Below, piece by piece: positions 53,301 to 64,000 of a stretch of 64,000 nucleotides of DNA. A program made the position numbers and the translations under genes. A model generated the notes under the pieces. That model had not been told where the DNA came from. It saw only the letters and a list, made by a program, of their open reading frames with translations, and made no database searches. Each line of letters starts with the position of its first letter. The first letter of the stretch is position 1. Origin of the DNA: Octopus sinensis (Eukaryota); contig NC_043000.1 of NCBI RefSeq assembly GCF_006345805.1, positions 82,150,001 through 82,214,000 on the forward strand. Direction: 5' to 3'.

Positions 53301-54007
53301 TGTGGAAGCATATATAAGACATCCTCCTCCCCTCTTTTTTCGTGTAAGTCAACTAAACTGTAAACATTAATTAGAATTCGCCCTCTGGACGCGACTGAAA
53401 ACAGTGTCCTCTGGATCTTATCTAAAACAGCAGCAGCAACAACAATCAGTAAAAAAACAACCACCCGCAACGAATCTCCAAAGAGGAGTAGAGGCTTCTT
53501 ACACTGGAGAAGATTTGGCTGCTAAAACTAGCAACCAGATCTTCCTCGGATCTAACCTTGATTGTAAAGATTTCCGAGTAGTTTTCTTCTCTCCGCTGAG
53601 CACAAATCACATCGTTGGCTTCCATTCCATTTATGTAATGATTGGACTTACTCATGGTTTTCCAATCAGTCAGAAGTTTGAGCATTTTTCTTTTAATTGC
53701 TAGATTTATTAGAATGATTTTCTGCTTCTTTTTTTTAAAAAAAATAGGGGAAGGAGGATGTGTGACTATGATTTAATTTTGTAGAAATTTCTTTTCTGTT
53801 ACGCAATATTTGAATGCCTCTCTTCAACCTACTTTTACGTTGAAGGGACGCCACCTCTTTAAAGCTCTACCTTAAAATAGCGTGCGAGCGTTGCATAGAA
53901 ATGAGAGGCGGAAAATGTATGGTAAATGTACATATATATTTATATATGTGTTTGTGTGTGTATGTGTGTGTGTGTACATATATATATACAAAATGTATAT
54001 ATACATA

Positions 54008-54400
54008 TAGGTACAGGAGTGGATGTGTTAAGTAGCTTGTTTACCAACCACATGGTTCCGGGTTCAGTCCCACTGCGTGGCACCTTGGGCAAGTGTCTTC
54101 TACTATAGCCTCGGGCCGACCAAAGCCTTGTGAGTGGATTTGGTAGTCGGAAACTAAAAGAATCCCGTCGTATATATGTATATATATATGTATGTGTGTT
54201 TGTGTGTCTGTGTTTGTCCCCCTAGCATTGCTTGACAACCGATGCTGGTGTGTTTATGTCCCCGTTAACTAGCGGTTCGGCAAAAGAGACCGATAGAATA
54301 AGTACTGGGCTTACAAAGAATAACTCCCGGGGTCGAGTTGCTCGATTAAAGGCGGTGCTCCAGCATGGCCGCAGTCAAATGACTGAAACAAGTAAAAGAG
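54008..54400 (+). mobile_element. SINE family A, full length
   Basis: Collinear with the 20519 copy. Confidence 0.92.
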
Positions 54401-55132
54401 AAAAGAGATATGTGCATGTATGTGTGTGTGGTATGTGTGTGTGTGTGTATAGACTAATAAATGAAATGAGAAATAAGAAAAGCTTCCAACAATGTAGAAA
54501 GTTAAAAAGAAAAGTCCTATCTTCAGAAAAATACGCCCAAAGAAATGTATGCTTACATAGATCCTGCCATTTTGGATAGCCGCTTGAACAGTGACCTCCT
54601 TTTAGTCCGGTGCTTTTGCTAGTAGCAGCAGCTCCTCCAATGCTGGTATTGTTGATGCCCTAGAGGTCACATTGGGTACTGTGGTGGAAGACTGGCTGTA
54701 GGTCGGCAGCTGTTATGAAAGCGGTTGTCCATGGCTAGGAATGTAGTAGTAGTAGTAGTAGTAGTAGTATAGTAGTAGTAGTAGTAGTAGTAGTAGAGCG
54801 GGTGATGATGTTGTCTACATCGACGTTGTTGGCGATGGTAGCAAATGTCGGGATAATAATGAGTAATGGTTTTGATGGTGCATGTTCTTGTAGAAGTCAT
54901 TGGCAAAATAGCTGGTGGTTCGCTGCACATCAGTCTACGCAAAATATCAGGATCTTTGTAAACATATATTTCTTTGACTGTATCCTCCTGAAGATAGTCT
55001 CTGTGCCCGAAATATAAACGTTTTTTAAAAACTTTCTATACTTTAAGAAGCTTTCCTCATTTCTCATTTCATTTATGAATTCTACTTATGTACTACATTT
55101 CTTCAAGTGAACTACAATGTTCTTGTATTTAT

Positions 55133-55181
55133 TGGAGTCTGACGAGTCGTCTATATGGATGCGAAACCACCGGTCATTCTA
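55133..55181 (+). ncRNA. Type I hammerhead ribozyme motif, intact core
   Basis: TGGAGT-CTGACGA-GTCGTC-TATATG-GATGC-GAAACC-ACC-GGTC|ATTCTA. Stem I is 6 bp (2 GU); cleavage triplet GUC. Confidence 0.7.
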
Positions 55182-55232
55182 TGACCGGCCGTATAATTAA
55201 CTTTCTGTATATATATATATATAATATATATA

Positions 55233-55331
<99 letters not shown>

Positions 55332-55860
55332 GATAAATTTGGGATTTTACAATAGAACCGCAACTCCTCTTTCAGGGTAACTTCATTATATGGAATACAG
55401 ATAGAAACTTATATCCAATAAAATAATAATTATAAAATGCTAATTCCTTATGATTTTAAATATGTCTGTGTATGTCTGTCTGTCTATATGTATGTATTAT
55501 CAGCCTCATGTATGTATGTATGTATGTATGTATGTATGTATGTATGTATGTATGTATGTATGTATGTATCTATGTATAGTGGATTCTACCATTGATTTCC
55601 AGGTATGACAGTCTAACAGCCAGCTTTTAGACTATCCATATAGGTGATTTGTCTAGGGAAAAAGCATGTGTAGGGCCAGTCTCACTTTTTGGAAATGCTG
55701 ATAGAAAGTTGGTGCAAATGCTTGCTGTAAACCCAATGAACAACATGACTCAGGCTTTTCTATTAAGTTTCTCTACTAGGGTTCTCTATCTCCTAGGTTT
55801 ATTACTATTTCCACAAGTTAAAATCATCTCTGTCGCTCTTTCATTATATATATTATATAT

Positions 55861-55911
<51 letters not shown>

Positions 55912-55942
55912 TTATATAATACACATATATATACATAGTATA

Positions 55943-55984
<42 letters not shown>

Positions 55985-55987
<3 letters not shown>

Positions 55988-57060
55988 TATATTATAAAGA
56001 AATAAAACATATGCATATATATAAACATATATGTACGTACCTACCTCTACATGTACATATACACGCATATATGAGTACAGACACCAAAGGGACGTCGTCG
56101 AACACATAGAGAAACGAAGACATAGACACAACCAAGGAACGGACATTTTTTTCAAAACAACAAAAAATTGGAGTACAGGACAGTTACACAACGAAAAAAA
56201 CCCTCATCAGTCGCTAAGGTTTCATCTACTCTACGTTTCGAAGGATAAAAGCGAGACGTATCTTCGACAAGAAACTTTCCTTCCTGCGAAAAGCAAATCA
56301 ATTAAAATTCTGAGATCTTTTCGCAGAGGGGTAAAAAATGGTAAAAAAATGCTAAAAAAACGAGACAGACGATAGTACAAAAATATAAACAGTAAAAAAT
56401 ATATATATATAAACAGTAAAAAAATATATATAACAGTAAAAGACAGGACAGGGAGAACAAGATAAGAAGGGCTGTTGACGCCGAACGAAAAAAGTATTGC
56501 AAACGCTGAATTTTTTGTGAACGACGAGAGAGCAGGAAAAGTCGTCCAGTAGCCTTAAAAGGCGGGCGAGAAAGACCGTTAGCAGTTACGGCGGAAGTAT
56601 CGTCGCAGATGGACGACGGGATAGGGGAGGAGGAGCAAGAGGAAGGGAAGAGAAGAAGGGGAATGTTGCGAAGAGACCATGAATGAATGGTGGGGGAGAG
56701 AGAGAATGAAGAATGAGAGAGAGAGGAAGAGACAAGTTAAGTGAGGGAAAAAGGCGAAAAGAGGATGGGATAGAAAGAAAGAAAGAAAGAAAGAAAGAGC
56801 AGAGTGCGCGTGAGAGTTAATTCAAGGCGAACTTGATATACAGAACAATCTTACTTAAGAGGGTGCGTGCGTTTTGTCGTATAATATATTAGTAAAAAGA
56901 AATAAAAAACTATGCATATATATATAACATATATGTACGTACCTACCTCTTACATGTACATATACACGCATATATGAGTACAGGACACCAAAGGGACGTC
57001 GAACACAATGAGAAACGAAAACATAGACACAAACCAAGGGAACAGGACATGAGAAAGATG
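55985..57060 (-). mobile_element. pLTR-type repeat with a ~150-bp direct duplication, adjoining (TA)n
   Basis: ATATGTACGTACCTACCTC..GACACCAAAGGGACGTCG occurs at about 56030 and 56930; purine-rich tract on the plus strand. Confidence 0.6.
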
Positions 57061-57179
57061 GTTTGTGAAAGCACGTGGTTGAATATATAGAAAATAGTAA
57101 AAAGTGAAAAAACTACAGAAGGCTTGTTTTAAAAGGTTAAAAAATATATATTTGAGTCAATATGTCTGAAGAATGTTAT

Positions 57180-60098
57180 AATTTTTTTTCTTACAATGAC
57201 ATAGTTTAGAAGAAATGACCGGTTTCGCGTTCAGCTTTTCAAATTTCTTACATCGTTATGTTTACGTTGAGAAGAGTTATCGTTATGTTTATGTTGAGAA
57301 GAGTTCCAGATAAGGGGAGGTAATAAGTGATTTCTTCCGGTGTAAGGGAGATAATCGCTTAAAATTTTTGCCTTTCTTTTGGAGTGAATTTCTCTGTAAA
57401 AGTATGTTGGAATGGTTAAGTTTGGGCTTGTATTTTTCAATGAAGTATGTTTCCTTGTTTAGTCTAATTTGTGTTGGTGTTCCGATAGCACATTGGTAAA
57501 ATGGAAAGATTAAAAATTGTGGTAGTAGTTGCTTTGCGCATTTCTCAATGTGCTCACTAAAGGGTATCATTCTGTATTCTGGGAATGCAATCTGTGTCGA
57601 TCAGTGCAGTGTGCATCTACGTCTGAGTGATAGTCCCGTAGACCCCACGTAGTCGTGGTGGCAGCCCGAGCATTTCATGACATAAATTATGTTTTCAGAG
57701 GCACAAGTAAAATTAGATTTTATCTTGAATTTCTGTGCTTTGAAGAGGAATTCTGATCCTTCTAGCAGGTTTGGACATGTTGCACAGTTCCGTCTACCAC
57801 ATTTTTTTTACTTTTGCATCCGTAATTTCAGAAAACAATTTTGCCTTTGTGAGAATCTTTTTAAGTGATTTAGGTTGTTTGTAGCTTTTAATGATTTGGT
57901 GTATGTTTAGAATTTCCTTTAATTGGGGTCCTTATGAAGTATTGGTAAATTTCTTGGGTGATGATGGTGAAGGCTTCTTTGTTTCTGGTGGTTTGGTTGT
58001 ATGTGGATATGTAAGGTAGTATTTTTCGGGGAAGTGTGTGTTGTTGTATTGAACTTTTCTTAAAGTTCTATGTTGATTTCGGTTGCACGTCTGATCCCAT
58101 CCTCTATGAGTTGAGCTGGGTAATGTCTGTCAATTAGGGTGTTTTTGAGTTCTTGCATCTAAGTTCCTGGTATTTTGTTCTGACACTATTGTGCATATCC
58201 TTCTTGCAAGGTTGAAGGGGATGTTGTTTGTGTGTCTTGGGTGGCATGAATTAAAAAGAAGGTATTGTTTGGCGCTGTGGCTTTGTAAAAATGTCTGTTT
58301 CTATTTTAAGGTTAATTTTTTTTAATAGTATATCCAAGAATGGAGCTCCTTTTGGTTGTATTCCATTGGGAACTGGTATATTTGGGTTTATGCGTTCAAT
58401 AGGTTTTTAAATTTTAGGAGTTTATCTGTGTTTTCATTCCGAGTATAAAACAATCGTCCAGGAATCGTTTCCAATTCTCTTTATGTATTGAGAGAGGGGG
58501 TTTCCAAAGATTGATAAAGATTTCCTGGTAAATGATTATTTCCAGGTAGCCCATTGTTAGGTTCGCAATGACTGGTGCTGCCCTTGTACCCATAGCAATT
58601 CCGGATTTTTGACGGTAAAATTTATTGTCTAACATGAAGTGGTTATTATGTAGGATGAATTCAATTGATTAGTAATGAATTCTTTACTGATCCTTTTTGG
58701 TATTTCTTCCGGAAATTGTCCATCCAGAACTGTATTGCCTCTAGTCCATCATTATGAGGTATACTGGTATATAATTAAACTACATCAAATGAAACCATGA
58801 TTGTTTCTTCCTTGGCTTTTTTGGAAGGTGGTTTAACATATCTAAGTCATCTCTGATATGGCTATCGATATGTTTAAGGAAGGTTTCAGGAGGATGTCCA
58901 TAAATAGACTTAGTTTGTGTGTTTCACAGGTTGGGCCAGACAATGGGGTCGTAGTTTTATGTCCCCCGGGGTTAGGGTGTGTGTATGTATGTTTTGGTGA
59001 TTTTTTAATAGTTTCATTTATAATTTGGCTTTTATGAATTTTTGGCAGACCATAGAAGAGGCTAGGTTTGCATTTAAAGTTGTTAGAAAGTCAATCTCTT
59101 TGGTTGTTAGTTCCTTTTCATGGGTTTTAATTAGTGAAGATAGAGTTATTTTTTGTGGGATGTAGTTGGTGATTTTTTCATAATGGTGGTTGTCATCAAG
59201 CAAGGAAATTACAAGATTTCTATAGTATGATGTATCCATTATTACAACTGCATTTCCCTTGTCTGCTTCCTTAATGGTTATATCTTCATCATTTTGAAGT
59301 TCTATCAGTTTCCTTCCATTGTGTAGTGTTAAAATTTGATTAACTTTCTGTTTATGTATAGTATGGTAGGGAAAGTTCTCAATGTGGTTACAGAATTCGT
59401 CAAGATTTTATTTCTTCCTCTGTGTGGGATGTGTTCACTTTTGTTCTTGACTAGTGATCTTCAGTATTGAATGAACTGGTTGATGCTTCTGCTAGTCTTA
59501 ATTTTCTGCAAAATTCTGTTATATTATCCTTGATTTCATTTAGGTTGGCTCTGCGTGGAGGGTGTCAATTTTTATGTTAGAAGAGGTTTGGTTGAAAGAT
59601 TGATTATCTTCGGTTTTTCCTTATTACTAGGTTCCAGCCTGTGTCCTGGTGTCTCTGGTCCCTGGCTAAAAAATGTTGGGTGTAATTTGTTTGTATGAGT
59701 TGTCTGTGAGGTTGTGTGATATTGGGTCGGGGAATGGTGGTATTGTTGCCCCCGATTGTTGTGTGTGTGTGGGAATCTATGGTTGTTTTTGTTGTGGGGT
59801 GGTAAATTTCTGTATGTGAAATATTTTGTTTCGAACTGCTTGTATGTGGGATGTTGCTTGACATAGGTTTTTTTGCGTTTGTCTTGTGTTCAGGGGGGAC
59901 CAGTAATTTTGGTTCATGGGTAGTAGCGACTTGTGTGTGGTTGTATTTCTTATTCTAGTGTGTCGTTTTGTGCTGTATGGTGGTTGGGTCTGGTATTAGG
60001 ATATTGTTGGTGTGTTCTGTTTTGTTTGTATGTAATTTATTTCATAGACGCGTTGTCTGTCAGCTTGTTCCCTGTTAAGTCTTGTTCCCTGTTAAGCC

Positions 60099-60100
<2 letters not shown>
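57180..60100 (-). mobile_element. AT-rich Penelope-like element (Neptune-type Cys linker), near complete, frameshifted
   Basis: ITIKEADKGNAVVIMD, PKIHK, RPI, VSFDVV.LYTSIPHNDGL, QKSGIAMGTRAAPVIANL, WKRFLDDCF (RT), CGRRNCATC linker, NIIYVMKCSGCHHDYVGSTG..LNKETYFIEKYKPKLN (GIY-YIG). Confidence 0.93.
57210..57249 (-). ncRNA. Degenerate minimal hammerhead at the 3' end of the PLE
   Basis: Minus: AAGAAAT-TTGAAAA-GC-TGAAC-GC-GAAACCGGTC|ATTTCTT. Stem I is 7 perfect pairs and stem III is the palindrome ACCGGT; the core has 2 substitutions. Confidence 0.6.
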
Positions 60101-60137
<37 letters not shown>

Positions 60138-60175
60138 TTACCACATAGTCACTCTTACGCCAATATATATATATA

Positions 60176-60600
60176 GGCGTAGGAGTGGCTGTGTGGTAAG
60201 TAGCTTGCTTACGAACCTTATTGTTTTAGGTTCAGTCCTACTGCATGGCAACTTAGGCAAGTGTCTTCTACTATAGCCTCAGGTCAACCAAAGCCTTGAG
60301 AGTGGATTTGGTAGACGGAAACTGAAAGAAGCCCGTCGTATATATGTATATATGTATATGTGTGTGTGCGTATGTATATGTTTGTGTGTCTGTGTTTATC
60401 CCCCAAACATCGGTTGACAACTGATGGCGGTGTGTTTACGCCCCCGTAACTTAGCGGTTCGGCAAAAGAGACCGATAGAATAAGCACTAGGCTTACAAAG
60501 AATAAGTCCTGGGATCGATTTGCTCGACTAAAGGCGGTGCTCCAGCATGACCACAGTCAAATGACTGAAACAAGTAAAAGAGTAAAGAGAGAGTAAAGAG
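60176..60600 (+). mobile_element. SINE family A, full length
   Basis: Collinear with the 20519 copy. Confidence 0.92.
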
Positions 60601-60643
<43 letters not shown>

Positions 60644-60734
60644 ATACACATATGGTGTGTGTGTGTGTGTGTGTGTGTGTTGTGTGTATTTCATGTACCT
60701 CGCGATAATGTGAACTTCTTTTAATCAAGATACC

Positions 60735-60824
60735 CTTGGCCTGACGTACAGCCTAAAGTATAAACCTCGCTTGGATATTTATCACTTCCGAGGTTCCGTT
60801 TGCTATGAAACATATGTAGCTCGG
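60735..60824 (+). ncRNA. Hammerhead-like motif with a 49-nt loop II (one core substitution)
   Basis: CTTGGC-CTGACGT-ACAGC...GCTAT-GAAAC-ATAT-GTA|GCTCGG. Confidence 0.45.
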
Positions 60825-61110
60825 ATCTTATCTACTTCATTCCTTAACGCTTGTATTCTTATTCGCATACCCGGCAAACCTCGTTGCCTACCGTGAAAAA
60901 AATCCAATACGAAAAAAATCCAAAATCTTCCGCCTCCATAAACCAGTATAATTACCGAAAGTTGTTTTTATATTTACTACGGATTGCTTGAAGCTAACTT
61001 TCTTCCTACTCCTCGATCCTTGGATCTTACACGCACACACACACACCACACACACACACACGCGCGCGCACATGCACACACACATGTACATATATCTATA
61101 TATATATATA

Positions 61111-61405
61111 CAACTTATAAACCAGGGCCAAAGAGAAAATTTCTAATGCCAAATAAGCCGAAACTAGACACATCGTCCATAACCATATAATTCATCACTA
61201 TAATCACGCGTCTCGAAGAGAAGGTTCTTATGAATTAACTCTGAAATCGGGTCCGATATGGTAATAACGGAATTTTTGAGAAATTTCTGTCGGCTTTCTT
61301 CGAGACTCGTGCTTACAGTTATGAATTATATGGTTATGGACGATGTGTCTAGTTTCGGCATATTTGGCATTAGAAATTTTTTCTTTTGTCCTTGTTTATA
61401 AGTTG
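61111..61405. mobile_element. MITE-like foldback with ~115-bp arms
   Basis: CAACTTATAAAC..GCCGAAACTAGACACATCGTCCATAACCATATAATTCAT versus its reverse complement ending GTTTATAAGTTG. Confidence 0.8.
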
Positions 61406-61489
61406 TTTATAACTTTAACCGTTAAAGGTATTTTTTAATATGCTGGCCATTGATAACATTTTTTTCGAAAAATTTTATCCTATATTAGT

Positions 61490-61520
<31 letters not shown>

Positions 61521-61639
61521 ATAGATTTTGTCTGTTTGTTTGTCCAGCAAAATGAAAGTAAATGGTTCAGAGGAAGCTATTATGCTATTTTTATATATAT
61601 AAAATCGAAATTCTGTCTCTTTCCTTCTCCGGCAAAACG

Positions 61640-62060
61640 AAAGTACCTGGTTCAAGGGAAGCTATTATGCTATGTTATTGCTTAATTTGTCTCAACAAAA
61701 ATTGTGCAATGGTACAACACTAATTGCGCACAAACGTATGAATAACTGCATTTAGGCAAGTATTCTCACTGGTTGTGGTAAAGGTGAGACCGTCTTCATT
61801 CCTCGCATACCAGTTATACCATCTAATGTCCTATTCCTGTTTAAGCGGTCACAGTTTTCTATCTCAATTTCATTTTCCATGAGTATTAATAAAACCCAGG
61901 GCCAAACACTAAAAGCTGCTGGGTTGCAACTTGAAGAAGCATGCTTTTCACATGGACAACTTCATGTAGGAGCGTCACGTGTGGAAGCAAAAACAAATCA
62001 TTTTGCTTATGCGCCCCGAAATAAAACAAAAACATTGTTTACAAAGAAATATTCACTCTT
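61640..62060 (+). pseudogene. Helitron PIF1 helicase C-terminal fragment
   Basis: KLCNGT..LTGCGKGETVFIPRIPVIPS..FSMSINKTQGQTLKAAGLQLEEACFSHGQLHVGASRV. Confidence 0.9.
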
Positions 62061-63185
62061 AATGCAACATGAATACTTCAATAACTTAACGTGTATGACA
62101 TCGATCTTTTTTCTACTTCAATTATTACATGTTTTCTCTTATAAAATATACACATACAGGCGAAGTAAATCTAAATCTGTAGGGGTAGTCTCACCCTGGT
62201 TCAGATTCAAAACTGAATATTTCAATTCTCCTTGGCCATATAGCCTATTCAAATTCCAAAAGAAACTGTGACAAATGGGTGTTCTACTCACCTGTGACCT
62301 TTTCAGTGCCGTCGCACTGTCACCTGCATTCTGTAAAGCTATTCTTCTATATGATATAGCTATTTTCTACCTTCATTCACGTTGAAACTGAATCTTTCCA
62401 TTCTCCTTCTTCAATTATTACATGTTTTTAAGAACCATGCTTTTCTCATGGCCTACTTCACGTAGGAGCACCACGAGTGGTAGCAAAAGCAAATCTTTTT
62501 GCTTATGCATCCCGAAATAAAACAAAAATCATTGTTTATAAAGAAATATTCACTCTAAATGCAACATGAATACTTCAGTAACTTCATTTGCCGTAACTGT
62601 CATTACATTCAAGAATTACTAAATTACCTATTTAAATGAACTGCATTATATAATTGCCATTACTCCATTGATAAATAAAATAATACGTACAGCTCATTTA
62701 TTATTATCATATAATAAACAAAAAGAAGTTCGTGTATGAAATCCATCTTTTTCTACTTAAATTATTACATGTTTTTCTCATAAAACACACACATACAGGA
62801 GGAGTAAATCTAAATCTGTAGTGGTAGTCTCACTCAGTCTCAGATTCGAAACTTTATGTAGGAGCATCTCGCGTGGGAGCAAAAGCAAATCGTTTTGCTT
62901 ATGCACCCCGAAATAAAACGAAAACCCATTGTTTATAAAGAAATATTCACTCTTAATGCGACATGAATACTTCAGTAACTTAATTTGCCATTACTATCAT
63001 TACATTCAAGAATGAAATCGATCTTTTTTCAACTGTATTACATGTCTTTCTCTTATAAAATACACACATGCTGAAGGTTCATATATGAAATTGATCTGTT
63101 TTTTACTTCAGCTATTACATATTTCTCTCTTATAAAAATACACACATACAGGTGGAGTATATTATATATATAATAATACTTGAAT
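61965..63185 (+). repeat. Imperfect tandem reiteration of the Helitron 3' region
   Basis: The block GTAGGAGC..GCAAAA.CAAATC.TTTTGCTTATGC..CCCGAAATAAAAC occurs at about 61965, 62460 and 62857. Confidence 0.8.
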
Positions 63186-63244
63186 GTATCTCCAGAGAAA
63201 CAGTAAAAGTAATTACCTGATCAGCGACGGATATTACTGCTCGT

Positions 63245-63387
<143 letters not shown>

Positions 63388-63905
63388 CACGAATCTTGTT
63401 AAATAGCGGTAGCCAGGATTTCCTCGTCTAAAAAATGTTGTCAAGGAAGAACCAGGACGGATACAACTTAGCACCAGTGTTGTTACAGAAGTTGCCGGAA
63501 CAAATACAATGTTGAGTTTCCTTAAAGACATAGTTCATGATTTATAGTAGGTGTACCGACAAAAATGTCCTCTCCATTCGGAATTTTGTTTCCTCGTAAT
63601 TTTCAGAAAAACGAGTAATTTTTAATGAGATTTTCGACGACTGCTATTCAGATAGTGTAGGTTTTGATAAAATCGGAATTTGTTTAAACGTTATCTGTTC
63701 AAAAGACAACTGACAAATTGCCTCGTTCTCAGCTTGCAAAATGGCAAAATAAATCATTATTATTTCAACCAGGAAAACCTGGATAGCTGTATTTTAAAAG
63801 ATTTGTGGGTTTTTTCTTTATAATAACATTATCTTTACTCTCTTAGCTGATCGAGTGTTCTTCTACTTGGTGAAACAGTTCCACGTTGTGTGTGTGTGTG
63901 TGTGT

Positions 63906-63939
<34 letters not shown>

Positions 63940-64000
63940 CGTGCCTGTGTTTGTATCTGTGTGCGTGTGTATGTTTGTGGATAGATATAGATATATAGTT

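Noticed and set aside
54606-54701. AG-preceded frame SGAFASSSSSSNAGIVDALEVTLGTVVEDWL
   Set aside because: Embedded in trinucleotide-derived sequence, unrecognised, and not phase-compatible with the upstream candidate exon.
56200-56295. Minus-strand GAAACGTA and CTGATGA as a hammerhead
   Set aside because: The two core parts are in the wrong order for type I, and the stems do not pair for type II.
63548-63860. Possible Tc1/mariner terminus (TAGGTGTACCGACAAAAATG)
   Set aside because: Only a vague TIR resemblance; no partner end or coding evidence in the window.

Overview
Repeat-saturated, AT-rich eukaryotic DNA with no host gene I can identify. The tRNA-derived SINE families and dense (TA)n/(TATG)n/(TATC)n microsatellites resemble Octopus genomic DNA; the organism is inferred from recall, not a search. 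Contents: three Penelope-like retroelements (PLEs; RT followed by GIY-YIG), several ORF-less PLE terminal-repeat (pLTR) pieces, CR1, RTE and R4/Dong LINE fragments, Helitron, Tigger, hAT and Chapaev3-like transposon relics, about 25 SINE copies, and several foldbacks. The most notable signal is a set of type I hammerhead-ribozyme motifs found by eye, mostly beside (TA)n tracts. The best case is an ORF-less 1.43-kb element (12857-14290) with three identical hammerheads; two lie in tandem 562 nt apart (retrozyme-like) and one is inverted. Also notable are a young ~705-bp x4.4 tandem array of pLTR-related sequence and a tRNA-like unit arranged in tandem plus inverted copies. All alignments, translations and folds were done by hand; element boundaries are approximate unless stated.
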